IMG/VR virus record: IMGVR_UViG_2526164663_000052
Length of the DNA stretch: 39,928 nucleotides
Source of the DNA: a virus
Lineage: Duplodnaviria > Heunggongvirae > Uroviricota > Caudoviricetes
Reading direction: 5' to 3' (one strand)
Part shown: one piece after another, positions 1 through 9,351 of the stretch
Layout of the letters: each line of letters opens with the position of its first letter
Numbering within the stretch: position 1 is the stretch's first letter
Notes under the pieces: generated by a model
The model's database searches: none
What the model saw: only the letters and a program-made list of their open reading frames with translations
Told to the model about the DNA's origin: nothing
Made by a program: the position numbers and the translations under genes

Positions 1-177
1 ATGAAAATTTCCCGCCTTGGAGAAGCGCCCGATTACCGCTTCTCGCTGGCTAATGAGCGTACTTTTCTGGCGTGGATCCGTACCGCACTAGGATTTCTGG
101 CGGCGGGGGTTGGGCTTGATCAACTTGCGCCAGATTTCGCCACGCCCGTCATTCGTGAACTGCTTGTAACCAGGTGA
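1..177 (+). pseudogene. yidH: 5' part of host inner-membrane gene yidH, interrupted by the prophage left end after codon 55 (reads into phage DNA, stop at 175-177)
   Basis: Opens with ATG at position 1 and encodes [55 protein letters not shown], which I recognise as YidH (DUF202). The remainder of the protein (ALLLCLFSGG...LYAG) is found in frame at 38897..39082. Confidence 0.75.
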
Positions 178-340
178 ATCATTTGATACCAACGAGGGTT
201 TTAGTGAAAGGAGGTGAAATCACCTGTAAGATACTGAAATAAAACAGGTGATGTCTGGATGAGCGCTTAAAGTCTATTTGATACCGATTGTGCAATAATT
301 AATCGTTTATTCTAAAATCGGCAAAACTTTTGATACTGCG
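165..340 (+). repeat. Left end with three same-orientation TTTGATACC-type motifs (182-190, 277-285, 328-336), candidate transposase binding sites L1-L3
   Basis: The motif is seen directly three times; its reverse complement GGTATCAAA occurs three times at the right end. Calling them binding sites rests on analogy with Mu attL, not on sequence identity to Mu sites. Confidence 0.55.
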
Positions 341-414
341 ATCTCAACTTTTTAAAGCGTTTAAAACTTCATTAAATCTATATGGCAACTAACATACGGG
401 CCAGCCTCGCCAAA

Positions 415-945
415 CTAACCCGCTTTAGATTCTACCGGATTTGATTGCCTACTTGTCTCGGTTTTTTCCAAAATCTCTCTGACGCAATCGTCTGGCATAT
501 CTACAATCATCAACGCAGCCAGGCGCTTCCTGCCTTCTAGTTGTAATAAATCCTGGTTTTCTTTATCCAGCAGTGTCAGAACCGTCTCTACACCTTTGCG
601 AGCAAGGAGATTGGTTAACTGTTCTCGTTCGTCTTTCGTAAGGAATGAAAGCATCTGTGTAAGTTGATCTCCCTTATCACCAGAACGACCAAAATTACCA
701 CAAATACCAACATCGTTTGGTGATTCACCCTTGCCCTCTTTAAGCCACTCAAGACTAACTCCTTCACTTTCAGAAATTCGTATAAGGATACTTTCTCTGG
801 GGGCTGGTTGTGTTTGTCCTCCCTTGAAATAGCTGTTTAATGTGTTGATATTGATTCCCCACGCTCTGGCAGCTGCACTTCTTGAAGGGTAGCGCTTTGT
901 AAGCATTCCAATACGTTCAATAACAGGTTCTTTTCCCTGCGACAT
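415..945 (-). CDS. Prophage repressor (Mu c-like position, HTH N-terminus)
   Basis: Sits at the left end, divergent from ner-A-B. ATG at 945 is preceded by AAGAGG; the track ORF extends to 1020 with an implausible N-terminus. The N-terminal part (AARAWGININTLNSYFKG) looks like an HTH. Confidence 0.6.
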   Translation of the reverse strand: MSQGKEPVIERIGMLTKRYPSRSAAARAWGININTLNSYFKGGQTQPAPRESILIRISESEGVSLEWLKEGKGESPNDVGICGNFGRSGDKGDQLTQMLSFLTKDEREQLTNLLARKGVETVLTLLDKENQDLLQLEGRKRLAALMIVDMPDDCVREILEKTETSRQSNPVESKAG

Positions 946-1020
946 AAAGATACCTCTTGGTGCTTTTCTAAGGAAAGGTTTCTTTCTATTTATCCAATTG
1001 AAAAATAAGGATAAAAGCAA

Positions 1021-1135
1021 AAAATAGCCAAAATACCAAAAATACCTTGATTTGGTATTTTTAGTGATGCATTATTTACCCGTGCAGATATCCGCACGAA
1101 TATCCGCGCGGGTAACTTTTTAGAATAGAGGAAGT
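1021..1135. promoter_or_regulatory. Divergent repressor/ner control region with repeated operator-like motifs
   Basis: Contains CAAAATACC-AAAAATACC direct repeats plus an inverted GGTATTTTT (1027-1062) and a tandem ATATCCGC x2 (1088-1107), in the 115-bp gap between divergent regulators. Confidence 0.5.
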
Positions 1136-1384
1136 ATGAGTAGAAGAGAAGTTTCAGATCACGATTGGCCGCCTGAAATCATCAAGGCGCGCTTACACAT
1201 GGCTGGCTTATCACTGCGCTCTTTATCTTTAAAGGCTGGTTACAGCAGGGATTCGCTGAAAAGCGTATTACGTACTCCTTGCCGACCGTATCAGCAAATA
1301 ATTGCTGATGCTCTTGGGGTATCGCCTGAAGAAATCTGGCCCAGTAGATACCAGGTTAAGAGCTATATGAGAAAGGCGTCATGA
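1136..1384 (+). CDS. ner: Ner-like DNA-binding regulator
   Basis: 82 aa; the C-terminus QQIIADALGVSPEEIWPSRYQ matches the Mu Ner / Nlp family as I recall it. Lies immediately upstream of the transposase. Confidence 0.8.
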   Translation: MSRREVSDHDWPPEIIKARLHMAGLSLRSLSLKAGYSRDSLKSVLRTPCRPYQQIIADALGVSPEEIWPSRYQVKSYMRKAS

Positions 1385-1385
1385 T

Positions 1386-3476
1386 ATGTATGTCATTGCA
1401 AAAGAACTGATTGGCGCGCCCGGAATGCCTGCTACAACAAAAGGTATTCGCCAGGCATTACAACGTTACGTACAAGGGAAAAGCTGTTGTTCCCGTCGTC
1501 GCTCAGGCTCTAAAGCAACTGAATACAGCATCGACTGTTTACCTGAAGTGACGCAGCAGGCATTACGTGAACGTTATGCCCTGCAACTGATGACGCAAAA
1601 AGCCGATGAATCACCGGCTCCGGTGGTGACAAAGGCCAGACGCTCATCTGACGTGGTTGATGCGGTGGAGGCATATCGCGGATCACCACAACTGATGGTC
1701 GAACGCCTCAATGCCCTGACTGAAAACCAGCGCCAGGTGGCTGATGCACGAATCGCGATCGTCAGCGAAGTGATGAAAGTCGCGCAACAACCCGGTTTCA
1801 GCTGCGCGAAGGCTATCCGGTTTATCGTTGACAACCTGGCACGTTCACAGCTGGACGAGCGCATTGTGGCAATGGTTGAGACGGCGAACGCCAAAAAGGG
1901 AAACAGCCGTGCGTTGAGTGAAATCACGCTGAAGCGATGGATTGCGGCCTTTAACAAGGCACAGAACGCCGCTGAACGCCTGCTTTTACTGGCACCGGGT
2001 AAACGCCAGGAAATAAAAGCCGAAGATATTAACTGGCTGCCCGAATTTCTGGCGCAGTATCGCCAGTCAAACGGCCGACCAATGACCGAGGCTTACGAGG
2101 ATTTTGTTGCTGAATGGCAGCACCGGCACGCTGATGAGCCTTATATGCTCGATATCATGCCCTCTTATGACACCATTCGCCGCGCAATGAAGAAACTGCC
2201 GGAAGTGGTGAAACAAAAAGGCCGGGTGACAGGCAGTGAATACCGTCAGCTTGAGGGATTCACGCGCCGCGACTGGTCCAGAATGCCGGTGAATTATGTC
2301 TGGATTGGTGACGGTCACGGCATGAAGATGAAATGCAGGCACCCGGTTCACGGGCGGCCATTTGCACCGGAAGTGACCTTTGTTATCGACGGTGGCACGC
2401 GCTTTGTGGTGGGCTGGAGCCTTGACCTGGCTGAAAATGTTTTCGCCGTAGCCGGTGCCATACAGCACGGTATTCGCCATCACGGCAAACCGTTTCTGTA
2501 TTACTCGGATAACGGTTCGGGGGAAACCGCCGACGTCCTGGATAAGGAGGTTGTGGGGATACTGCCGCGACTGGGGATTAATCACCCGACCGGGATTGCC
2601 GGTAATCCGCAGGGGCGAGGCATTATCGAACGGCTTAACCGCACATTACCGATGCGCATAGCCCGTAAATACCGCACCTATTTCGGGAAAGGTGCAGATC
2701 GCGAGACGTTACGCAAAACCAACCGCGATTTACGCTCGGCATTTACCGCCCTGCAACAGGGCAAACGGCTGAACGCCCGGCAACAGTCAGCGATGCGTGA
2801 TTTACCGTCCTGGGCTGAACTGATTGATGCCATTCGTGACGGTGTTGAGTGGTACAACAACCGGCCGCACGATGAATTACCGGTGAAGCCGAACGGTAAA
2901 CATTACAGCCCGGCGGAGTTCAGAAAAAAACGCCTGGCGGAAGAGGACACGGAAATTGAATGGCTGTCCGATGTTGAGCTGCGGGATATGTTCCGGCCGA
3001 TGGTGGAACGCCCTGTAAGACGCTGTGAAATACGCTGGCTGAATAATATTTACTACGCGCCCGAGCTGCGTGACGAGCATGGTCGTAAGGTGCTTATCAG
3101 CTATGACATTCATGATGCCGAACGAATTACCGTACGTCGCCCGGATGGCAGCGTGATTTGCGAGGCGGTATGGGACGGCAATAAACGCGAAGCCTTCCCG
3201 GTCAGCGCGGAATACTACAAACAGCAGCAACGCCTTAAAGGCATGCGTAAACGCGCAGAGGAAAAAATCCGTGATGCCGAGGATGAGGTGGTCAACGTGC
3301 TGGAGCACAAGCAGCAGGAGCCATGGCTGGAAAACATCTACCGCCCGGTGGGTAATACGGTGGCCGTTCAGCAACCTGCCGTTGATGATGAACCTGATGA
3401 AGAATACGAGCGTAATTTCCAGCGGGGATTGCAGTTGCTGGAAGCGAAATTAAAAGAAAATGACCCGCTGGCCTGA
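1386..3476 (+). CDS. DDE transposase, MuA-like
   Basis: 696 aa in the Mu A position, followed by the B ATPase. Assigned by size, position and family resemblance. Confidence 0.9.
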   Translation: MYVIAKELIGAPGMPATTKGIRQALQRYVQGKSCCSRRRSGSKATEYSIDCLPEVTQQALRERYALQLMTQKADESPAPVVTKARRSSDVVDAVEAYRGSPQLMVERLNALTENQRQVADARIAIVSEVMKVAQQPGFSCAKAIRFIVDNLARSQLDERIVAMVETANAKKGNSRALSEITLKRWIAAFNKAQNAAERLLLLAPGKRQEIKAEDINWLPEFLAQYRQSNGRPMTEAYEDFVAEWQHRHADEPYMLDIMPSYDTIRRAMKKLPEVVKQKGRVTGSEYRQLEGFTRRDWSRMPVNYVWIGDGHGMKMKCRHPVHGRPFAPEVTFVIDGGTRFVVGWSLDLAENVFAVAGAIQHGIRHHGKPFLYYSDNGSGETADVLDKEVVGILPRLGINHPTGIAGNPQGRGIIERLNRTLPMRIARKYRTYFGKGADRETLRKTNRDLRSAFTALQQGKRLNARQQSAMRDLPSWAELIDAIRDGVEWYNNRPHDELPVKPNGKHYSPAEFRKKRLAEEDTEIEWLSDVELRDMFRPMVERPVRRCEIRWLNNIYYAPELRDEHGRKVLISYDIHDAERITVRRPDGSVICEAVWDGNKREAFPVSAEYYKQQQRLKGMRKRAEEKIRDAEDEVVNVLEHKQQEPWLENIYRPVGNTVAVQQPAVDDEPDEEYERNFQRGLQLLEAKLKENDPLA

Positions 3477-3546
3477 AATAAAAAATAACCCGAGCGGCGA
3501 CTCAGGTTATTTGATTAAACAAGGTATCAAATGAGAGGTTAATAAT

Positions 3547-4479
3547 ATGACTGATATTAACGATGTAATCAAGACCATTGATGAACTTATTGATGGCGGC
3601 GTACTGACGCAGTATGCCATCGCCAGAGAGGCGGGAATTTCCGACGGCACATTATCGGCTTTCCGTAAGGGAAAATATAAAGGCGATAACGCTGCTGTGG
3701 CTGCTTCCCTGCGTTCCTGGTATGAGAACTGGAATAAACAAAGCGCACTGCCGGAACCGCCGCAGTTTGTGGAAACGCAGACAGTCCAGGAGCTGCGCGC
3801 ACTGTTTCAGGCGGTTCGTCTGATGGGCTGTATTAACGTTATTGTGGGCGTACCGGGTGTGGGTAAAACGGCCACTGCCCGTAATTACTGCCAGGAGCAA
3901 CCAAACACCTGGATGATCACCCTGTCACCCGCGCACTCTAGCGTCACGGAGTGTCTGCTGGAGCTGGCCGATGCGCTGGGGATTGATTACACCCGCGCGA
4001 ACAAAGGGGCATTATCCCGCGCCATCCGCCGTCGCCTAATGGGAACGCGTGGACTGGTGATTGTGGATGAGGCGGATCATCTTGGTATTGACGGTCTGGA
4101 GCAACTCCGGGCAATTCAGGACGCCACGGGGATCGGGATGGTGCTTATTGGTAACCCGCGCGGATTGTTTAAAGGTGGACGCCGCGCCTTTGATGATTTA
4201 TCGCGCCTGTTCAGCCGTCTTGCCCGTACAAAACAACTTCGCAAGGCCAAAAAGGCGGATGTGCTGGCCATTGCCAGGGCGTGGGGGATCAGTGGTGAGG
4301 CCGAGCTGGCCGTCATGCAGGCTATCGCTGAAAAGCCGGGAGCGTTACGCGTTCTGACACATACGCTTAACCAGGCGTGGCTCACCGCCAGCGGTGAAGG
4401 CGCGGCGCTGACAGAAAAACATATTAATGCGGCCTTTAAAGAGGTTTATACCAACCCTGAATTACTCTCACAGGTGTGA
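3547..4479 (+). CDS. Transposition ATPase / target DNA activator, MuB-like
   Basis: 310 aa with Walker A GVPGVGKT and Walker B VIVDEADHL. Shares LPEPPQFVETQTV and KPGALR blocks with Mu B as I recall it. Confidence 0.9.
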   Translation: MTDINDVIKTIDELIDGGVLTQYAIAREAGISDGTLSAFRKGKYKGDNAAVAASLRSWYENWNKQSALPEPPQFVETQTVQELRALFQAVRLMGCINVIVGVPGVGKTATARNYCQEQPNTWMITLSPAHSSVTECLLELADALGIDYTRANKGALSRAIRRRLMGTRGLVIVDEADHLGIDGLEQLRAIQDATGIGMVLIGNPRGLFKGGRRAFDDLSRLFSRLARTKQLRKAKKADVLAIARAWGISGEAELAVMQAIAEKPGALRVLTHTLNQAWLTASGEGAALTEKHINAAFKEVYTNPELLSQV

Positions 4480-4481
4480 TT

Positions 4482-4703
4482 ATGGCGGTATTTAATATTC
4501 CTGATATTTACGGACGCTTTTACCTGGTTAATTTCGATAACGTGAAGGTGATTTCACTGGCCGAAAATAAAGAATGTGGCGATTTACTTTTTGAATTTAA
4601 TGACCGCACACGAATGGTGATATCTGCCGGACTTGATCGCGAAGGTGCGACAGACGTTTACAGCGGAATATGCCGTTCTGTTGGTGCGAAACAAGTCAGC
4701 TAA
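4482..4703 (+). CDS. Hypothetical early protein
   Basis: ORF in the early operon; ATG at 4482 follows AGGTG. The track start at 4476 is a GTG overlapping the B stop codon. Confidence 0.45.
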   Translation: MAVFNIPDIYGRFYLVNFDNVKVISLAENKECGDLLFEFNDRTRMVISAGLDREGATDVYSGICRSVGAKQVS

Positions 4704-4715
4704 ATGAGGTGTTAT

Positions 4716-4970
4716 ATGAATATGCAATCCTGCGGTAACAAAATGAATTTATTCGACTCCCTGAACAGCGCGCGCCGTCTGACCGAACTTGCCGGTGCGG
4801 TACTGGAACGCAGTAAGCGCTATCCGCAACGTTTTGCACTGAAAACCACGCCGCCGGTAGGCAACGTGCAGGGAACCGGTGAAATTGAAATCACCATACA
4901 GACCAACGGCCTGCGCCGCCGTGTGAAGGCCACCCGCATCAGCGGCTGCACGGTTTACTGGGAGGTGTGA
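4716..4970 (+). CDS. Hypothetical early protein
   Basis: ORF with ATG at 4716 preceded by GAGG; the track shows an alternative start at 4704. Confidence 0.45.
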   Translation: MNMQSCGNKMNLFDSLNSARRLTELAGAVLERSKRYPQRFALKTTPPVGNVQGTGEIEITIQTNGLRRRVKATRISGCTVYWEV

Positions 4971-5045
4971 GGTGAAAAAAATCTCATTGCATGGGCGTGG
5001 TCGAGTGGTCTTATTGAGTTTGGTTACGTCCTGCCGGAAGGTGCA

Positions 5046-5252
5046 TTGCCGATAGTTGCCGGAAAGCCTGCCACGGTACGGCATGTGATTGAGGTTATGG
5101 CGCGTCATGGACGTGATGAACAGGAGCAGTTACTGGTTCCGGGGATACCGGAAGCGGTGACGGAGGAAGAAGCCTTTAATGCCATGATTCGGTTCTGCCG
5201 TGAGGTCAGACGCCGGGTCAGTTATCCAAACAGAACGAGGACCAGAGGATGA
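5046..5252 (+). CDS. Hypothetical early protein (TTG start, weak)
   Basis: Open frame 4971..5252 with no ATG or GTG; only a TTG at 5046. Confidence 0.25.
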   Translation: MPIVAGKPATVRHVIEVMARHGRDEQEQLLVPGIPEAVTEEEAFNAMIRFCREVRRRVSYPNRTRTRG

Positions 5253-5521
5253 GTAAAGTCGTACGCATTATTTTCGAATACAAGGAGCACGTTATCCATA
5301 AAAACGCTGATGGAACAGTGCGCATGGGGGTAAGTCTGGACATACGTTCAACCGGGATAAAGCAGAAAGGTGATGGACCCGCCATGATTTTTGGGGTGGT
5401 TATGCTCGCGGAAAGCAGAGACTTTGCTGAACTTGTGGCAATGAAAGCCAGTGCGCTCATGAAAGATATGAGCATGCGTTCCGGGGTTATTAAAGGTAAT
5501 GAATTTAATCAGCAGGGGTAA
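5249..5521 (+). CDS. Hypothetical early protein, paralog 1 (MSKVVRIIFEYKEH...)
   Basis: ATG follows GAGG. Its N-terminus is shared with the next gene. Confidence 0.5.
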   Translation: MSKVVRIIFEYKEHVIHKNADGTVRMGVSLDIRSTGIKQKGDGPAMIFGVVMLAESRDFAELVAMKASALMKDMSMRSGVIKGNEFNQQG

Positions 5522-5525
5522 TTCC

Positions 5526-5819
5526 ATGAGCAAAGTACGCGTTATTTTTGAATTTAAGCATGTTTCGCATGACGAAAAACCGGCAGGCAATGACTGTGTT
5601 GAAGTGCATGAAAAGATTGGTGTGGATGTAAAAACAGAACGTGATACGAATAACAGGCCGACGTCACTCTGTGACGTTTATGCAAGTATTCTCCAGTATC
5701 ACAGTCCTGAAATTATTCAGTTTCTCTCAGCGGAATTTCAGGCATCTGTACAGGCTTTTGGGGCGGATGCCATCATTAAACGCCACCGCGTGCATAAAGC
5801 ATCAGGCACACTGCAATAA
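5526..5819 (+). CDS. Hypothetical early protein, paralog 2 (MSKVRVIFEFKH...)
   Basis: Start chosen at the internal ATG 5526 because it gives the same N-terminus as the upstream paralog. Confidence 0.5.
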   Translation: MSKVRVIFEFKHVSHDEKPAGNDCVEVHEKIGVDVKTERDTNNRPTSLCDVYASILQYHSPEIIQFLSAEFQASVQAFGADAIIKRHRVHKASGTLQ

Positions 5820-5830
5820 GGAAAAACAAA

Positions 5831-6361
5831 ATGGCTAAACGTGTTACAAAATTAAAGGCCGCAGCCGAGGCTGCACCGCAGACCCGCGAAGAAGTCAGCC
5901 GCGATATCCGTACCCTGGGCGATATTCAGCGAGAGGCGCTGCGGCTGGAAACGGCGATGAATGATGAAGTGGCAGAAATCACCGCCCGTTATACGCCGCA
6001 GATTGAAAACCTTAAAAAAGAAATCAAAGTGCTTTTTAAGGGGATTCAGGACTGGTGCAAAACCAACCGCGATGAGCTGACGAACGGCGGCAAAACCAAA
6101 ACAGCCAATCTGACCACCGGAACAGTGTCATGGCGGCTGGGAAATCCATCATGCAGCGTCAGCCGTGATGTGGAAGGTGTGATTGAAATGCTGAGCCGTA
6201 TGGGGCTTGAGCGATTCATCCGCACGAAAGAGGAAGTGAACAAGGAAGCGGTCCTGGCGGAGCCGGATGCAGTGAAAGGCATTGCCGGTATTAAGGTGAA
6301 TAAAGGCGCTGAAAGTTTTTATGTCGAGCCTTTTGAACAGGACGCCGGACTGAATAAATAA
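5831..6361 (+). CDS. gam: Gam host-nuclease inhibitor (Ku-like DNA-end binding)
   Basis: 176 aa; DELTNGGK.KTANL..G.VSWR and RFIRTK.E.NKEA blocks match Mu Gam as I recall it. Confidence 0.88.
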   Translation: MAKRVTKLKAAAEAAPQTREEVSRDIRTLGDIQREALRLETAMNDEVAEITARYTPQIENLKKEIKVLFKGIQDWCKTNRDELTNGGKTKTANLTTGTVSWRLGNPSCSVSRDVEGVIEMLSRMGLERFIRTKEEVNKEAVLAEPDAVKGIAGIKVNKGAESFYVEPFEQDAGLNK

Positions 6362-6458
6362 CACCGCATTAAATCTTTAAATATCACATCGTTTTAAGTA
6401 TGGCGCTCGCGTCAGGGGACTGCCTGCGCCTGTAAACTGAAAATAAGGAACAGGATAT

Positions 6459-7001
6459 ATGGCATATTTTTATTTCAAATTAGACCGTGTGCAGACAAAT
6501 AAATATTTCACCAAATATCAACAGACTGTTTTACCGCTACGCAACAGTATTCTTCGGGCATTACTGAAAAATACAGGCGCTGCCGGATTGCGCTTAAAGC
6601 CGTTTGCCATGGACGTAATCAGTGAGTTTTATTTTTCTGGTGCTCTGCCTGCGGGCTGGCGTAAGCGCGATGATGTGGCTTTTATCGGGGACGGACCGTG
6701 CTTTATTGCCAGACCTGATGAGTCATGCCCTGAAGGACCGGCGATTGCCGCAATGATTGAAGCCGCTGAACGCGAGTTAAGAAAGCGTCCTGATTTCCTT
6801 GTCTGGCTCTGTGAAAAGCTGGGGGTAATGAGAATCCCCTCCATGTTTAACATGGACTCCTGGTGGACCCCGTCGCTCTCCCGTGATGCCCTGTGCGTGG
6901 TGTTTAAAGTAGGCGCTTATGGCAGGGAAATAAAAGGGGGTATTCCTGAAGAATGCCAGGAGATTAAACATTCTGAATATGTGGCGCTGACGGAGGAATA
7001 A
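6459..7001 (+). CDS. Hypothetical early-region protein
   Basis: 180-aa ORF; SD AAGGAA upstream; no family recognised. Confidence 0.5.
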   Translation: MAYFYFKLDRVQTNKYFTKYQQTVLPLRNSILRALLKNTGAAGLRLKPFAMDVISEFYFSGALPAGWRKRDDVAFIGDGPCFIARPDESCPEGPAIAAMIEAAERELRKRPDFLVWLCEKLGVMRIPSMFNMDSWWTPSLSRDALCVVFKVGAYGREIKGGIPEECQEIKHSEYVALTEE

Positions 7002-7004
7002 TTC

Positions 7005-7538
7005 ATGATTGATGCAAAAGTGCTTGAAGGGGTTAAAAACTGGCTGAGTATTTACGGGCGTCTGACCTGCGGCATTCTGGCTGAAAAAATGAATATGCCG
7101 CCATCCTCGATGGTTTATTTTCTGCGTGATGCGGTCGATGCCGGGGTGCTGACGGAATGTAACGGTTTTTATGATATTCCGCGTCCCCGCCCGGTGCAGC
7201 CGGTTCGTCGCAAATGCAGCCAGGAAGGTGCGGCTGATGATGTTCAGTGGTGCAGCTTCAGAAAATCCCTGCCGTGGATTGAGGGGCATGATATTCCGTC
7301 AATGGCGTGGGAATTTGCTCAGGGCGTTCTGACCTGTGAAACCGTTTATGTGGTGGCTGAAGTTGATGAGCAGGCCATGAAAGAAGGCGTGCCCCAGTTT
7401 GTGATGGCGTATATCGACATACGCCTGGGTGTCATTATCTGCGGTTTAAGCGGCTGGAATATCACCTCGCGCGTTCTGCGTTACCTGATTGTTGACCGGA
7501 CGGCCGCGCCTGCCGGGATATCTGCGGAGGTGGCGTAA
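7005..7538 (+). CDS. Hypothetical early-region protein
   Basis: 177-aa ORF tightly packed in the operon; no family recognised. Confidence 0.5.
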   Translation: MIDAKVLEGVKNWLSIYGRLTCGILAEKMNMPPSSMVYFLRDAVDAGVLTECNGFYDIPRPRPVQPVRRKCSQEGAADDVQWCSFRKSLPWIEGHDIPSMAWEFAQGVLTCETVYVVAEVDEQAMKEGVPQFVMAYIDIRLGVIICGLSGWNITSRVLRYLIVDRTAAPAGISAEVA

Positions 7539-8053
7539 TGTTCTTTAAAACATCAAACCCTTCCGCGCTGGCCGCGTGGCAAAAATATCAGCAGGACTGC
7601 CAGAAAGTTAAGGATGAGGCAAAACGCCTTGAGGCCGTGCTGAATGTTGCGTGCCGGTCGGTATTTGTATCCGGTATCAGTGGCTTTTGTTTTAAAGGGC
7701 TGCGCTTTATGGATGACAAATATCCTTTTCATCGCGACTTATGGCGAAAACCGACTGCGTCGAATGGCTGGAGCTGCACACCGCGCACATCACGTATTCC
7801 CAAAGCCCTGCGCGTTGCCTCTGACGAACTTAACAGTCTGTGGCGTGAATATTCGCCCGTCACGTATGCCAGAACCGATGCACTGTTGTTCTGGCTGGGT
7901 ATTGATTTCTCGGCAATCATGTTTGGCCCTGTGAAGTGGTTCTGCGTTGACGATGTGATTTACCTTGAGTGCGGCGTAAAACCCGCAAATCAGAAAATGA
8001 CCGAAATTCTGTCTGATGAGTTTTATGCTGCTGAAAAGCGAGTCAGGGGGTGA
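7538..8053 (+). CDS. Hypothetical early-region protein
   Basis: 171-aa ORF, start overlapping the upstream stop. Confidence 0.5.
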   Translation: MFFKTSNPSALAAWQKYQQDCQKVKDEAKRLEAVLNVACRSVFVSGISGFCFKGLRFMDDKYPFHRDLWRKPTASNGWSCTPRTSRIPKALRVASDELNSLWREYSPVTYARTDALLFWLGIDFSAIMFGPVKWFCVDDVIYLECGVKPANQKMTEILSDEFYAAEKRVRG

Positions 8054-8056
8054 TGT

Positions 8057-8608
8057 ATGATGATTTTACAACCCATGGGGCGAAAAGGTCAGGCACCTGC
8101 TCATGTCCGTGCGTGGACACCTGAAGAAGATGCGCTGCTGATTGCGCTTTATCCATCCACCCCGGTTAAGGATATTGCTGTCAGGGTAAAAAGAAGTTTC
8201 TGGGGTGTACATAACCGGATTGTTTTATTACGCGGTACTTACCCGGAGTTGCTCAAATGCAAACGTCCAAGATTTAAACATGATGAAGATAAATTTATCC
8301 GAAAAAATGCCAGAACGATGACCGGTAAGCAAATAGGAGAATATCTGGGGCGAGACCGGGATTCTGTCCACAATCGGGCGCGATATATTGGCGTAAGCAT
8401 GAAAAAATACGGAGAATTGCTGCCCTTCACCCGTATACCTGACGATGATGTTCATCTTATTCGTGAATTACGGGATGCTGAATCACCACGACGTCTTACC
8501 TTCCGGGAAATAGGCGAGAAATTTGAATTATCCGAGAGTACGGTGAATTTTATTTATCACCATCGCCGGACTGCCGAGGACGCTGTATTACGGGAGTTAA
8601 CGCCATGA
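8057..8608 (+). CDS. Putative DNA-binding protein with three internal ~45-aa HTH-like repeats
   Basis: Repeats begin WTPEEDALLIALY, HDEDKFIRKNARTM and DDDVHLIRELRDAE; each ends with an S.HNR-type motif. The first resembles a Myb/SANT repeat. Confidence 0.5.
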   Translation: MMILQPMGRKGQAPAHVRAWTPEEDALLIALYPSTPVKDIAVRVKRSFWGVHNRIVLLRGTYPELLKCKRPRFKHDEDKFIRKNARTMTGKQIGEYLGRDRDSVHNRARYIGVSMKKYGELLPFTRIPDDDVHLIRELRDAESPRRLTFREIGEKFELSESTVNFIYHHRRTAEDAVLRELTP

Positions 8609-8790
8609 TAAAGAGACTTGTATTTTTCGCAATTTTCGTTCCGGTGTTGGGGGTTGGTTTTATATTTGCGATTACAGGAAACCTGTCCATGATGCCAGAT
8701 ATTTGGTTCTTTATCAGGATGTCGCTCTTCCTGTTTATTATGAATCTTCTTATCGACATATATATCCGTATTACTGGAAAACATAAATGA
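8605..8790 (+). CDS. Small hydrophobic (likely two-TM) protein
   Basis: 61 aa, strongly hydrophobic (FFAIFVPVLGVGFIFAI ... LFLFIMNLLIDIYI); the sequence reads as AT-rich. Confidence 0.4.
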   Translation: MIKRLVFFAIFVPVLGVGFIFAITGNLSMMPDIWFFIRMSLFLFIMNLLIDIYIRITGKHK

Positions 8791-9161
8791 GAAAAATCAC
8801 GTCCTTGTCAGAGTTACAGGAGATGAATATGAGTATTGAATTAAGATCGTCTTATGAGTATCGCAAATTTCTTATCGCCGGAGGCATGAAACCGGAAGAT
8901 GTGGAAAAAATCGTTTCTTTTATGGATAAGGAATGTGATAAGCGGGATGTGTCAGAAATTATTATGGATGACATGATTCTGGATTCAGTCGTGGCGTTAA
9001 GTCCGTTATGGATTGTGCATTCTCTTGCGGAAATTGCCAAAGGCACCGATAAACAGGCAGCTGTTGCTGCCCTTCAGACGCTTAATGAAATGCGTATATC
9101 TCCACGCCCGACATTAATACAGATGATTTTGTCCAGTATGGAGGATAAAGCAAATGAATAG
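8787..9161 (+). CDS. Hypothetical protein
   Basis: 124-aa ORF; reads as AT-rich; no family recognised. Confidence 0.45.
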   Translation: MRKITSLSELQEMNMSIELRSSYEYRKFLIAGGMKPEDVEKIVSFMDKECDKRDVSEIIMDDMILDSVVALSPLWIVHSLAEIAKGTDKQAAVAALQTLNEMRISPRPTLIQMILSSMEDKANE

Positions 9162-9351
9162 TCTACCCGCTGGATGGGCGCGCCCTCTGATGGCTAAGAA
9201 GCATCATTTTTTTAAAACTGGCGATAATATCAGTATATGTAGGCGGTGGTTATATCTGGCTCATAATCGCGAGCCGGATACATTTGAAAGCCCTGATGAC
9301 TGTGCCGAATGTCGCAGAAGACTGAATAAGGAGAAAGATAATGGACAATAG
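9154..9351 (+). CDS. Hypothetical small Cys-containing protein
   Basis: 65 aa with C..C...C..C spacing at the C-terminus; possible zinc binding. Confidence 0.35.
   Translation: MNSLPAGWARPLMAKKHHFFKTGDNISICRRWLYLAHNREPDTFESPDDCAECRRRLNKEKDNGQ

Noticed and set aside
3510-3535. Single GGTATCAAA (end-repeat motif) in the A-B intergenic region
   Set aside because: One isolated 9-mer could occur by chance, and it has no partner sites.
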